Part shown: piece after piece, positions 29,703 to 39,916 of the stretch
Position numbering within the stretch: position 1 is the stretch's first letter
How the letters are laid out: each line of letters starts with the position of its first letter
Source: Candidatus Bathyarchaeia archaeon
GTDB taxonomy: Archaea; Thermoproteota; Bathyarchaeia; Bathyarchaeales; Bathycorpusculaceae
Reading direction: 5' to 3'
Assembly: GCA_037481775.1 (NCBI GenBank)
Contig: JBBFKZ010000007.1
Location: forward strand, 1-55,947
DNA: 55,947 bases
Notes under the pieces: generated by a model
The model's input: the letters and a program-made list of their open reading frames with translations, nothing else
Told to the model about the DNA's origin: nothing
Databases searched by the model: none
Made by a program: the position numbers and the translations under genes

Positions 29703-30617
29703 ATGGAGCTTGCATTGGAAACACACAGCGACATAATGAAAATCTACAGCGAAAAAAGCCAACCATGGAAATACGTAAAGAAAGATAAGAACTACATCAA
29801 GCAGTTATCAGCCATCGAGGAAACTCTTTCGCGCTTCGGTCTCCTAAAAAACGAAATCAGAGTGTACTTGTATCTTGCTAGAGCAGGTGAAAAGAAAGCA
29901 AGCGAGATAGCTGAAGCAATTTCATTGCATAGAACTGAAACTTACAGGATACTTCGGGATCTTGAGAAAAAGGGAATAGTATTCTCAGTTTTTGCGAAAC
30001 CCCTAAAATTCACCGCTGTGCCGCTAGATAAAGCAATAGATATGCTTGTGGAAGCCCAGAAAATGAAGATAAAACTTCTGGAAAAAGAGAAACAAAACCT
30101 TGTGGAACTCTGGTTGTCAATTCCGCAGCCCAAAATGGAGAAAACCACGAAGGAACTTTTCCAAATGTTACAGGGTGAGCAGCAAGTTGTGCTGAAGGCG
30201 GAAGAGTTACTTGAGAAAACAAAGAGGGAATTGCAGCTATTTGTGCCAGCTGATTATCTGGCCCAGCTCTATTATGGTGATTTCACAGACAAGCTGAAAA
30301 ATAAACTTGGGAAACTCGACATAATTCTGCTAGTTGAGAATTCGCCTAAAAGCAGATTCTTCATTGAGCAAATGCAATGGCCAAAACACAAGTATAAATT
30401 AGTGAATGCTCAGAAATTGCCGTGCTTTATGATCTCCGACAAAAATGAGCTGCTAATTGCTTTTCAAGACGAGGATGAGGCAGGCCAAAATGAAGACAAA
30501 CGCAGAGACAGAACAGCGGCAATTTGGACGAACTACAAGGCATTCATTTGGACCCTACAAATGCTTTTCATCAAGCTGATGGAAACACAGGTACACGAGA
30601 ACCTTGTTCAAAACTGA
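29703..30617 (+). CDS. TrmB-family transcriptional regulator
   Basis: FGL..NE.RVYLYL...ASEIA......RTETYRIL..LEKKG.V HTH followed by a sensor domain. Confidence 0.88.
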   Translation: MELALETHSDIMKIYSEKSQPWKYVKKDKNYIKQLSAIEETLSRFGLLKNEIRVYLYLARAGEKKASEIAEAISLHRTETYRILRDLEKKGIVFSVFAKPLKFTAVPLDKAIDMLVEAQKMKIKLLEKEKQNLVELWLSIPQPKMEKTTKELFQMLQGEQQVVLKAEELLEKTKRELQLFVPADYLAQLYYGDFTDKLKNKLGKLDIILLVENSPKSRFFIEQMQWPKHKYKLVNAQKLPCFMISDKNELLIAFQDEDEAGQNEDKRRDRTAAIWTNYKAFIWTLQMLFIKLMETQVHENLVQN

Positions 30618-31912
30618 TTTTTAAGCATATTTTTCGGCTTTTTCCTCTTTAAACGCAGCAAGACAGCGATTACCAGCAGAACTGCGGCTAAGCATGCTGT
30701 AGCATAAACTGGCCAGGATACCTCGCCAGTTGAAACACTTATTTTTACTATGTAGAAATCGTAAGCACCGCGACCAATTGAGTTTGTCCACCCAGCCATA
30801 ACAAAAATGTTTTCTGCGACTTCTATAAGGCCATAAGCTTCTTCATAGCCATCTCTGCCGGTTGCAGCCTGCCATAGAACTTTGCCTTCGTCATCAATTT
30901 TGAACAGCCAAAAATCTCTGTAGCCCCTTCCGAAGGAAAACGTGAAACCGCCAACTAAGGCGCCATTAATTGTCGAATAGGTAATGCATGTAGGCATGTC
31001 AAAACCTTTCCCGCCTATAGTGCGCTCCCAAATCAATTTTCCCTCAAAGTCCACTTTTATTACCCAAGCGTCGCTATCGCCTTCGCCTTTTGAACGTGTA
31101 TCACCCACAATCAAGAAGCCTTCAGTGACGTTCAACATTGCGTATGCCTTGTCGCTTTGGGCACCGCCGTACGTTTTATTCCATAACAAGTTGCCCTCTG
31201 AGTCTATTTTTAACAGCAAAAAGTCATAGTCGCCATTTCCAGCTGAATTCGTGTAGCCCGCTATGAAGTATTGGTTGTCATCTTGCAGGGCCACGGCTCT
31301 GCCTGCTTCATCCATTCCCAAATCGTAAGTTTTACTCCAAGTCAGATGGCCGTTGTCGCTTATTTTTATAACCCAGACATCAGATCCTCCGCCAAGAGAG
31401 GTTGTTAAACCTGCAAGCACGAAGCCATCGCGAGTTTTCACTGCAGAAAACAGCTTATCCACTTCACTGTTGTCCATATGCACTTGCCATATCGGCTTAC
31501 CGTCGGCGTCAACTTTAACTACATAGCCATCTGTATCGCCGGACATGAAAAACGTGTTGCCTATCAGCAAAAAACCGTCATTCAAAGTTAGCACATAGCG
31601 GAATTCACTGTTCTCTTGAGCAGAGAACGTTCGATTCCAAATCATGTTACCATCGTCATCAAGCCTTAGAACCCACGCCGCTGTCTTATTAGGCTGAAGC
31701 GACGCCGTTGAACCAACCACCAGAAAGCCCCAACTCAAGGCAACTGCATAAAAAGCGCGATCATCTCCCGCTCCGCCATATGTTTTCTCCCAGATCATCT
31801 CTGCACTGTAAGCGTCATCTGCTGCTGCGATCGGAATGCTCGAATCCGCAGTTACCCAAGAGGCGATTAACAGTAAACATGACAGCAGTGCAATTTGCTT
31901 TTTTGCCAGCAT
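30608..31912 (-). CDS. Secreted, C-terminally anchored repeat protein (probable beta-propeller)
   Basis: Signal peptide; about 7 W.KT(Y/I)GG...D repeats with D.W..K.D..G; C-terminal TM plus basic tail. Confidence 0.85.
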   Translation of the reverse strand: MLAKKQIALLSCLLLIASWVTADSSIPIAAADDAYSAEMIWEKTYGGAGDDRAFYAVALSWGFLVVGSTASLQPNKTAAWVLRLDDDGNMIWNRTFSAQENSEFRYVLTLNDGFLLIGNTFFMSGDTDGYVVKVDADGKPIWQVHMDNSEVDKLFSAVKTRDGFVLAGLTTSLGGGSDVWVIKISDNGHLTWSKTYDLGMDEAGRAVALQDDNQYFIAGYTNSAGNGDYDFLLLKIDSEGNLLWNKTYGGAQSDKAYAMLNVTEGFLIVGDTRSKGEGDSDAWVIKVDFEGKLIWERTIGGKGFDMPTCITYSTINGALVGGFTFSFGRGYRDFWLFKIDDEGKVLWQAATGRDGYEEAYGLIEVAENIFVMAGWTNSIGRGAYDFYIVKISVSTGEVSWPVYATACLAAVLLVIAVLLRLKRKKPKNMLKNQF

Positions 31913-32090
31913 CTCATCCGCCTCGCTATAGGGTTGTTATTTGCCTTTCTTGAAGCGCGAAGTCTTTTTAACCTTACCGTATTTTGTTGCCGCAGTTTCC
32001 TTCTCGCTTACAATACCATGTAACTGAAAAGTATTCCAAACACGCAGAGCAGGATAGCAAAGAAGAGTAGAAAATGGAGAAAAGAGCTAA

Positions 32091-32258
32091 TTAAACTATG
32101 TAAGAAACAATGCTGGGCATGCTAATTGTGTCCTCTCTTGCATGCTTCAGCAGCCAATTTGAAAGCTTGAGACACTTGTTTGGGCTACAGGAAAAGCTTT
32201 TTGTTTCCTGGTTCCAAGCCATGCATTTAGCGCATGGTATAACGTCATCGTTTTCCAT
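32091..32258 (-). CDS. 55-aa Cys-rich small protein (not in ORF track)
   Basis: Hand translation MENDDVIPCAKCMAWNQETKSFSCSPNKCLKLSNWLLKHAREDTISMPSIVSYIV; T-rich tract downstream. Confidence 0.55.
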   Translation of the reverse strand: MENDDVIPCAKCMAWNQETKSFSCSPNKCLKLSNWLLKHAREDTISMPSIVSYIV

Positions 32259-32369
32259 ATCTATCAATAATTATTGAATTCAGAATTAATTTATCACTTG
32301 TGAACACGCAATCATGATTAGAAATACACATTCTTCACAGTTGTTAGCAACGCTGATAATTGAGCACGG

Positions 32370-33146
32370 CTAAATTCTAGTGCATGTCACGTTTGCCCTA
32401 ATGAATATGCCACGTAAATCGCGACAATGCACTGAAACTATTAATGGATCATCTGGACTTGTTGTTTCAGCGGTAAACATAATGGAATATGTGCCATTGC
32501 CGTAACTGGTTATGCTGGGCGATTCTACCATTATCCATTCTTCCGTGGTAAGCGAGCCGTCTCTTTCAAAATAAACCGTGAAGTTCTGTGCTAAAGCAGG
32601 TGTGCCATCATTACGAACCGTGCAAGTTACAATTGCCGATTTCAAGTTACCCTGCCTGATCCAAGCGCCACTTATCTGAATTTCTGAGGTAACATTAACC
32701 GAATATTCCGTCTGATAACTTGCGGATAGACCTGAAGCGTTTATTCGGAAATCCACACAAGCGCTCGAGACTCCTTGCCCATTAGCGGCCCAGTTCAGCC
32801 AGAAGCCATTCTGATAAGGTGCTGTGTCTATGGGGGTAAATTCCACGCTGAACAAAACATCGTACAAGTGTTTTTCAACTACAGAAGCAAATTGATTTAG
32901 ATCTGCGGGTAGCACGGCCTCGGTGCCTCCGTTGGAAACATTGACTAAAGCGCTTGTGACAGTATGCATTAAGCCTAGCTGATACGCGGACAGAGCAGGA
33001 TTGGCATCTTCTATGTTGGAGGCTGCGCGATTTTCTTCGGTTTTAATAACATAAACAGCAGTGGAAAGGATCAAAAGGGTCACTATTAGCGAGATAATGA
33101 TAAGCACTTGCCCCGAGTTGTGATGGCGTAAGCTGCGTGGTCTCAT
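32370..33146 (-). CDS. Minor pilin / pilus accessory protein
   Basis: Class III-like signal RHHNSG|QVLIIISLIV; last gene of the pilus operon. Confidence 0.72.
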   Translation of the reverse strand: MRPRSLRHHNSGQVLIIISLIVTLLILSTAVYVIKTEENRAASNIEDANPALSAYQLGLMHTVTSALVNVSNGGTEAVLPADLNQFASVVEKHLYDVLFSVEFTPIDTAPYQNGFWLNWAANGQGVSSACVDFRINASGLSASYQTEYSVNVTSEIQISGAWIRQGNLKSAIVTCTVRNDGTPALAQNFTVYFERDGSLTTEEWIMVESPSITSYGNGTYSIMFTAETTSPDDPLIVSVHCRDLRGIFIRANVTCTRI

Positions 33147-33151
33147 TTATG

Positions 33152-33577
33152 CTATTCCACCATGGCTAATTGCAATCTAATGATGTACACTGCATAGTTG
33201 CATGTTGCCGTTGCACACACGTAATTCACTGCTGTAACTTCGTCGGCCACAGTGCTTCCACTGCAGATGGGGACATCATTGAGGCGCGTCATGTTTTCGT
33301 CAAAAACTGTCAGGTTAAACCACACGGTAGGCGCGAGCAAAGATTGAACCGCATTTTTCAAGCCTGCCCAGTTTTTGTTCTCCACTGCAGCGGCTAAATA
33401 TCCATTACTGTCCAAGCATATTAGAAGGTTATATGCCGTGGCTGTAAGATCATTTGCTGAATCGTTTATGCTGTTTTGTGTAACTTGAATCAGCGAAAGC
33501 GATGACAGTAAAAGAAACGCGGCGAAAACAGCTTCGATCGTGCGTGTTTGCGCTTTTCTGTTTTTTAGCAGCCTCAT
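33152..33577 (-). CDS. Minor pilin
   Basis: Class III signal KNRKA|QTRTIEAVFAAFLL. Confidence 0.75.
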   Translation of the reverse strand: MRLLKNRKAQTRTIEAVFAAFLLLSSLSLIQVTQNSINDSANDLTATAYNLLICLDSNGYLAAAVENKNWAGLKNAVQSLLAPTVWFNLTVFDENMTRLNDVPICSGSTVADEVTAVNYVCATATCNYAVYIIRLQLAMVE

Positions 33578-34617
33578 CCTTTTACATCCCCGAAGCTTAT
33601 AGTCACCTGATAGAAAGTTTCTTTGATGATCACAACATAGGAAAAAGTGTTCTGCTCCGCGTCCTCAAAGTTTGCTCCAAAATTAAAGGGAACGTTGGGA
33701 TAAGCGGTCCACTCGATAAACGGTGTGGTGCCGTTATATCCGCAGGCAACCAACACTATTGGGCTTTCGTCTACCCAGCGCGGTATTGCATAGGATGCTG
33801 CTGACAGTGCAGTTAGGTTAGTTTGGTAGTTATAAGAGAACGCGTAAGCCTTGTTTATAGTTACATTTGGGAAATTGTAAACTACACTCATTGTGTAATT
33901 AAGCGGACTCAGCGTCAAAAAAGTAAAGTTAGACTCTGGCTCCTGCGATAGATGTGCGAAAGAGTACGCTGCATATGAGGTTATTCTCTCGTCAAATGCT
34001 GCGCGGGCAAAGATTATTAGAAGTGCAGGCCCGCTGGCGCTGTTAGGAATTTGAACGTTGATATATCCCAAGCCTGTTCTCAACGTCGTGTTATATACGC
34101 TACTTGTGAAGTCGCCTGCCACAACATAACACTGCAAAGTCGCGTTTACTGGCCCGGTCGCGTGCTTCACAGTAGTGGTAAACGTGTACTCAGTTAGGCT
34201 TTCTGAAGACACAACCTTTGCGAGCTCAACGTCAATGGACAAGATTTGAGATACAGATATGCCAAATGCAATATTTTGCAGTCTTGCCGCATTAATTGCT
34301 TGAACGTAAGATAGGGCGTAACTGCTTTTATTGTTCAACCTACTAATTTTGTCGATATCCACTTCATAGAGTAAATTAGATCCGCTGCGAGATAAACCGA
34401 AGGTCAATGGAGCGGTACCGGTTGCGCCCCACTCTGCGGGTGAACCACTATTTGTTAGTATGTACTCAGCTATTGCATTTAGATAATCGTTTTTATTAAA
34501 GTCCGGCAATTTGTCGATTCTTGCCTGCATTGTTCCCGCCAGCGACGCTGTTGCCAGCAAAGCAACCGAAACTAGCAGGGTGCAGGCGAAGAATGCGTCT
34601 ATGGATTCTGTTGGCAA
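33574..34617 (-). CDS. Pilin-like / pilus accessory protein
   Basis: N-terminal D-containing hydrophobic helix, G.P..WG motif; inside the pilus operon. Confidence 0.68.
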   Translation of the reverse strand: MPTESIDAFFACTLLVSVALLATASLAGTMQARIDKLPDFNKNDYLNAIAEYILTNSGSPAEWGATGTAPLTFGLSRSGSNLLYEVDIDKISRLNNKSSYALSYVQAINAARLQNIAFGISVSQILSIDVELAKVVSSESLTEYTFTTTVKHATGPVNATLQCYVVAGDFTSSVYNTTLRTGLGYINVQIPNSASGPALLIIFARAAFDERITSYAAYSFAHLSQEPESNFTFLTLSPLNYTMSVVYNFPNVTINKAYAFSYNYQTNLTALSAASYAIPRWVDESPIVLVACGYNGTTPFIEWTAYPNVPFNFGANFEDAEQNTFSYVVIIKETFYQVTISFGDVKG

Positions 34618-34632
34618 GTAACTTCCTCCATG

Positions 34633-36147
34633 CTACGGCACTATTGCTGTCACTGTAAACATGTTTGAAAGGAACTGTTGGGACAGCACCAGCGACAGAT
34701 ATGCAACTGCTGCTAGCATCGCGGAATATTGGAAGCCGGCGCCGAGATTGCCTTCACTTATTTTTCCTATGAAGAATCCTGATATCCAGCATTGAAGGAT
34801 TATGCCAACTGAGAACATTCGTAATTGTTCCTGCATGGCCATATAGGCTACTGGCGCTAGACTCATGCTTACTACGCTGGACATCATGTAAGTGGTTAAA
34901 GCCACAATTGTTGTTGTCACCGCAATTAGTATGCTCCAGATAAAAGCAAGGATTATGTAGGGCTTCAGCAGCGCGCGCTTGTTAATCTGCAATTCCCGTT
35001 CTTTTTCGCTGTAATCCGAAAGTATCTCAAGCGATTGAGTTGAGCTACCGCCAATCTCGATTGTTTCAATCAGCATTGCAAAATTAACGGTGACAAACCA
35101 GCTTCTTATTTGTCGCTTCAGATTTTCATAGGTTTTTCTTAAAGGAGCACCCCATTCTATCTGGCTTCGCAGCAGATCCAAGTATTTAGAGAATGAGCCA
35201 TGATACTTGCGTTTTGTAGCATGTATTATGCTCTTCTCAGGAGAAAGACCGATTTTTCGCGCTTCAGTGATTTCTCTAACAAGGCTGGGAACGGCGTCTT
35301 CAGCATCGTAATTCGTTTTTGCTATCCGCCAGTACTGAATAGCGGGAACAGTTGAAGACGTTACCAAACCTATTGTTACTATTTCCGGTAACCCTGCTGG
35401 CTTCAGCATATCAGCTAAGGGCGGGTAGAGGATAAACACGGATAAGGTAATGCCCGTGGCCATTAGGACGATGGCTGCTTTTCTATATAGGTCTTGTAGG
35501 TTTTCAAAGGAGCTTTGCTGCATGTTATGAGCAATAAGTATGAAGAAAAGTGACATCACAGGCATAAGCACAAAAGCGACCAAGTAGGACATTAAAGGTG
35601 AAATAGTTATTGACGTTTTAGTTAGAAGCTCCAGCGTATTGGTCGAGGCGAAAACTACGAAAAGAATGTAGAGGCAGAGCACAACGATAAGCATCACTGT
35701 GTAGGCTTCAACTAAGGTGGCTATCCTCTCAACAGAACGAGACATTGAGTTATGCCTAAGCTCAAAAATGGCGCGTAGCTCACTTTTCATATAGTCAACT
35801 GTTTTTCCACCACTTCTTATCGATGCTGCAAAGCCGCTTATGAAATTACGATAAAGTTTCGAGTTTGTGCTTTCCGCTCTCTGCGCCATGGCTTGCAATA
35901 AGCCCTTTCCTAAAACCTCAACTTGCCGTATTATTTCTTCAGCTTCTTTCTTGAACATGGGGAAAAAGTTCATTTTTCGCACTTTTTTCCAGCTGTCATA
36001 AGGCGAAACACCGCTTGCCGCCAAAAGCGTGAATATCATAACTACGAAGGGCAGCTCGCGTTCGATTTTCTCTTTTTCTTCGCTTGCAATTTTTTTCAAG
36101 AACCCTCTAATTTTGCCAGAGAAGCCGCTTGAAGTCTGTGTGCTCAT
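34633..36147 (-). CDS. Type IV pilus platform membrane protein (TadC/FlaJ, T2SS-F)
   Basis: Two T2SS-F-like repeats (E.ELPF...ASG.SP; E..GG) with multiple TM segments. Confidence 0.9.
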   Translation of the reverse strand: MSTQTSSGFSGKIRGFLKKIASEEKEKIERELPFVVMIFTLLAASGVSPYDSWKKVRKMNFFPMFKKEAEEIIRQVEVLGKGLLQAMAQRAESTNSKLYRNFISGFAASIRSGGKTVDYMKSELRAIFELRHNSMSRSVERIATLVEAYTVMLIVVLCLYILFVVFASTNTLELLTKTSITISPLMSYLVAFVLMPVMSLFFILIAHNMQQSSFENLQDLYRKAAIVLMATGITLSVFILYPPLADMLKPAGLPEIVTIGLVTSSTVPAIQYWRIAKTNYDAEDAVPSLVREITEARKIGLSPEKSIIHATKRKYHGSFSKYLDLLRSQIEWGAPLRKTYENLKRQIRSWFVTVNFAMLIETIEIGGSSTQSLEILSDYSEKERELQINKRALLKPYIILAFIWSILIAVTTTIVALTTYMMSSVVSMSLAPVAYMAMQEQLRMFSVGIILQCWISGFFIGKISEGNLGAGFQYSAMLAAVAYLSLVLSQQFLSNMFTVTAIVP

Positions 36148-37721
36148 TATTCTCTACCCACGGTTTTGTCTAAATCTAACGTGCTGACAGAGCTGTTCAG
36201 TGCCTTGTGTACGCTTCTGAAATCTCGAAGCCCCTTTTCAACCAACATAAGCAGTATTTTCTTTCGTCGCTCCAGCTCTTGAGCAACAACGCTGAAGGGT
36301 ATATCCAAATTCCTCGCTATTTTGTTTAGCAGGTAACTTTTCTCAAGACTCTGCTGGAAAGTGTCAGTTGAAGGATTCCACGTGAACACATCATTTACTG
36401 CGCAGGTAGGATCGATTTCTGAAATTCTGATGAAGCGTCTACTGCTGGTCATTTTGCGGTTCAATGTCACGAAAGTCGGTATTCTCACCTGTTTAACAAC
36501 GATCACACAATTCATCAACGGTATTATTCCTCGCGGAATGTTCATTGGCGGCTGAGTCAAACGTGTAATTGCCGCTTCAACATCCTCTGCGTGCAAAGTG
36601 CAGACTCCGCCGTGACCTGTGGCCAGAGCTTGGAAAAGAACATAGGCTTCTTCGCCGCGGACCTCGCCTACAAGAATTAACGTGGGACGATGTCGTACCG
36701 CTGATTTGATAAGGTCGTAAAGCGACACTTCACCTTCACTTTCCCCGCCGAAGCCTGGGCGTGCAATCGTTGAAACCCAGTTCTCCTGAGGCAGATTTAT
36801 CTCAGCAACTTCTTCGACGGAAATGATTTTAAAGTCAGGCCGTGCGAGACATGCAATGGCGTTAAGCGCGGTTGTTTTGCCTGCGCCTGTTGCGCCAACT
36901 ATCATCATCGACATTTTATTTTCCATTAGCAGCCATAGATAAGCGCCTATTGTTTCATTGATGGTTTCATTCATTATTAAGTCTACAATGGTAATTGGAT
37001 CTTCTCTGAACTTTCTGATGGTGAAACTTGTTCCAGCTGGAGTTGTTTCTTTCCCATAGGCTACCGCAAGCCTGTGCTTTCCCGGCAAGGTTATATCCAC
37101 AATGGGGTGAGCGATGCTGACATGCTTGCCTTCCTTGTGAACCAATCGCGCCACAAAATCATCAAGTTCCTCTTCAGAACTGAAGATGACGTTCGTTCTC
37201 ATGCTTTCATATTTTCGATGCCATAGGTAGAGGGGTTTGTTTATGCCTAAGCAGCTGATGTCTTCAATGTAGTGATCACAGATTAGCGGGTCTATTTTGC
37301 CATAGCCAACGAGATCGCGCTCTATATAATAGAGAATTTTCTTTAAACCAATCGGATCGATTTCCTCGAAGGCTTTTGCGTGCTCATCCATTATGTCTGG
37401 TAGCTGTCGTTTGAAAGCCTCTGCAAGAGTTTCATCCGCGCGCGGTGCTTTCAACTCGTATTCTAGAATGTTCTTTAATCGTTTGTAAGTCGCACACTCT
37501 TCTATGGACATGGCGAGTTCATCGACAACGTAGAAGAAGCTTCCCTCCGCTTCCTCTTGGAAAATCCATGCGTATGCAAAAGGCGGCTTAAGAGGATAAC
37601 TTTCTATTTGCACATAACCTTCAGGTACACGTGCGCCCTGAATGCCTAGGTAGCCAAGCAATTCTTCGTCATGAATCTTCGGTTTTTCTTCCTCTTCCTT
37701 CTTTTTCTTTCCAAACACCAT
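36147..37721 (-). CDS. Type IV pilus assembly ATPase (TadA/FlaI/VirB11)
   Basis: GYGKIDPL..D..IEDIS, FTIRKF, GATGAGKTT, VGEVRG.EA, TGH...TLHA. Confidence 0.95.
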   Translation of the reverse strand: MVFGKKKKEEEEKPKIHDEELLGYLGIQGARVPEGYVQIESYPLKPPFAYAWIFQEEAEGSFFYVVDELAMSIEECATYKRLKNILEYELKAPRADETLAEAFKRQLPDIMDEHAKAFEEIDPIGLKKILYYIERDLVGYGKIDPLICDHYIEDISCLGINKPLYLWHRKYESMRTNVIFSSEEELDDFVARLVHKEGKHVSIAHPIVDITLPGKHRLAVAYGKETTPAGTSFTIRKFREDPITIVDLIMNETINETIGAYLWLLMENKMSMMIVGATGAGKTTALNAIACLARPDFKIISVEEVAEINLPQENWVSTIARPGFGGESEGEVSLYDLIKSAVRHRPTLILVGEVRGEEAYVLFQALATGHGGVCTLHAEDVEAAITRLTQPPMNIPRGIIPLMNCVIVVKQVRIPTFVTLNRKMTSSRRFIRISEIDPTCAVNDVFTWNPSTDTFQQSLEKSYLLNKIARNLDIPFSVVAQELERRKKILLMLVEKGLRDFRSVHKALNSSVSTLDLDKTVGRE

Positions 37722-37723
37722 TT

Positions 37724-38173
37724 TTATGATCCTCCAGTTAACATGAGATATGCGGCATCCGCGTCTATTCGGTATTCCAGCATGGCTGGCCCGGAACCGC
37801 TTACGTATGTGCCCGAGGCTGAAACTTCAACGGGAACACATACTTTATGTTGACCTTGCTGCTGGATGGTTGTGCCAAAGCCTGCTTCCACCCATGTTGC
37901 CGCAGAATCATTTGCGATTTTAATCCAGTAGCTTTTTTCTCCTATGAAAGGTGGAACATTCAGCGGGAGCAGCGCCGTTGCATTGTTTCTTTTTGCGCAT
38001 GTGATGAGCGCCATGCTTTCTGTCGAAACGTATTTTGCCAAGTTGAGTAGCTGCTGTTCTTCTGCCTCAGCGCGGATGTTCATCGCGAAGAGAGTGCATG
38101 CTCCAATAATTAAGGCGCCAACGATGATTGTTGCGAACAAAGTGTAGATGTAACTTGGAACTATAGATGGCAT
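37724..38173 (-). CDS. Pilin-like protein
   Basis: N-terminal hydrophobic helix then amphipathic helix and beta-rich body; in the pilus operon. Confidence 0.65.
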   Translation of the reverse strand: MPSIVPSYIYTLFATIIVGALIIGACTLFAMNIRAEAEEQQLLNLAKYVSTESMALITCAKRNNATALLPLNVPPFIGEKSYWIKIANDSAATWVEAGFGTTIQQQGQHKVCVPVEVSASGTYVSGSGPAMLEYRIDADAAYLMLTGGS

Positions 38174-38176
38174 GTC

Positions 38177-39004
38177 TTATCTCACCCACCTTTGGATTGT
38201 TATGTTGCAGATGACAAGTTCGATGTTTATGACCGCGCCGCTTGTAGAGCTTGTGATCGGGATGTTAACGCTGCTGCTTGATCCTCCGAGAATCGAGTTT
38301 ACCGTCAAAAATTCCGGAGCATACGAAAGCTCATAAGTTAAAGATGCCACATCGATTGTTGCACAGGAAATTCGAAGCGGCACTTTACCATAAAGGCTCA
38401 TTTGCTCAGATGTGTTCAGGTTAACTATGTATATCCGTATGTTATTGACGGGGTTGCCGTTTTCCACACCTGCGGCTACATAGGAAACTTTGGGTCGATA
38501 GCGAAGCTGGATTTCCGAGTTCTGATCACCTTTTGCAATGGCTAATTGGGTTATCGTGGCGCTTTTTTGGCTAACCACTGTTCTGCTGTCGCCTTTTAGG
38601 AAAAGGCCGGTGTCAGCGGTCTCGGAAAACGGCAGCTCATAGATTACTTGCCCAATGGTCTCGTTGAAAATTGTGTCTGCAATCTCCCCGCCATCAGTGA
38701 TGCTCAGCGTTAAAATGTTCGCGGCAGGTTGAACGTTTATTCTTCCCCCTGAATCGCTGATCTCAAATATCCGTGCTGAACCTGGGTGCCCAACTAATTG
38801 CAGTATGCTTTCGCTTAAAGCCAGCATGTCCTGCCTTGCAGTAGCCATCTTCAGCATGCCGCTGCGCGAGTTAACTTGTTCAATTGCAAAGTAATAAGTG
38901 ACAGAAATTATGCCTAGCATAGCTACGAATAACATTAAAAAAGTGACCGGGATGCTCAGCGCTCTTTTTGAGAGGAGAACCTCACGCTTAAAGCCCCTGT
39001 GCAT
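38177..39004 (-). CDS. Minor pilin
   Basis: Class III signal SKRA|LSIPVTFLMLFV. Confidence 0.78.
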   Translation of the reverse strand: MHRGFKREVLLSKRALSIPVTFLMLFVAMLGIISVTYYFAIEQVNSRSGMLKMATARQDMLALSESILQLVGHPGSARIFEISDSGGRINVQPAANILTLSITDGGEIADTIFNETIGQVIYELPFSETADTGLFLKGDSRTVVSQKSATITQLAIAKGDQNSEIQLRYRPKVSYVAAGVENGNPVNNIRIYIVNLNTSEQMSLYGKVPLRISCATIDVASLTYELSYAPEFLTVNSILGGSSSSVNIPITSSTSGAVINIELVICNITIQRWVR

Positions 39005-39197
39005 ATGTCACCTGCCTCTTCAATAGTTTTGGGCTAAAAATGGATTAAGCCATTTGTGTGTAAAAACAGATACACATAATACAGGATAAAACTCCAAAAA
39101 GCGGCATGCAGACACGGGATATTTTAAGTGTTTATTTATTTTCTAAAAAAGGAAGAAAAAGGAAGTTTTGTGGGGGGGGTAGGGTTTGCTTCTACTT

Positions 39198-39752
39198 TTA
39201 AGCTACTGCTTGAACGTTGGTCTCTTTATAGTACATGGCCTGTGAAGTGAAGATGGTTATCGCAACTGTTAAGCCTATGTCGTTGACTGTGATGCTGTCT
39301 GGCTTGTCAATGTAGATTAGCAGTGTTTTGCCAGATTGAAGCGTTAAATCATTGCTGGCTTTCGCGAAAATGTAGTCAGTACTGCCAAGTGTTATTTTAC
39401 CGCCGTCAGCTAAAGTTGTGTTGAACGGCAAGTCAGCAGATATGGAGTCTGATGTGATGTTGTAGTAAACGTTTGTCCATTCGCATTCTTGGCCTCGAAC
39501 GGTTATTTTGTCGATGACTACGTCTCGTCCGCCAGTGTTAATTATCATTATTGCCGCTTGCGACGTGCTACCGTCTGCGTCATACCATACGTGTTGTTTG
39601 GTTAGGTGTAGGCTTTCTTCTTGTACACGCGTGCTTGTGACGTTGATTGCGAAGTAGGTGACGACGCTTGCGAGAAGCACGGAGATGACGAGTATGATTA
39701 GTGTGGTGACGACTGTGCTCAGAGCCCAACGATTCTTCAATAGTTTGTGCAT
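39198..39752 (-). CDS. Probable major pilin
   Basis: KNRWA|LSTVVTTLIILVISVLLASVV; NTGGRD motif; GGTGA SD; own T-rich terminator. Confidence 0.82.
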   Translation of the reverse strand: MHKLLKNRWALSTVVTTLIILVISVLLASVVTYFAINVTSTRVQEESLHLTKQHVWYDADGSTSQAAIMIINTGGRDVVIDKITVRGQECEWTNVYYNITSDSISADLPFNTTLADGGKITLGSTDYIFAKASNDLTLQSGKTLLIYIDKPDSITVNDIGLTVAITIFTSQAMYYKETNVQAVA

Positions 39753-39916
39753 TGCTTTTTCTCACCTTTAATATAACGCATTGCTGTCTAATTATAAATA
39801 TATTCTGTCGCAAGATTCAATATTTAATTTAAGGCTTAAAACTAAAAAGACACCTTTCATCTTCCACATTCAAATCAAAAATACACTCCGAACAAAAACC
39901 GCAACCAACCATGAAA

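Noticed and set aside
32094-32120. Microprotein C-terminus MPSIVSYIV resembles the pilin-like N-terminus MPSIVPSYIY (38173)
   Set aside because: The DNA sequences are dissimilar; probably coincidence
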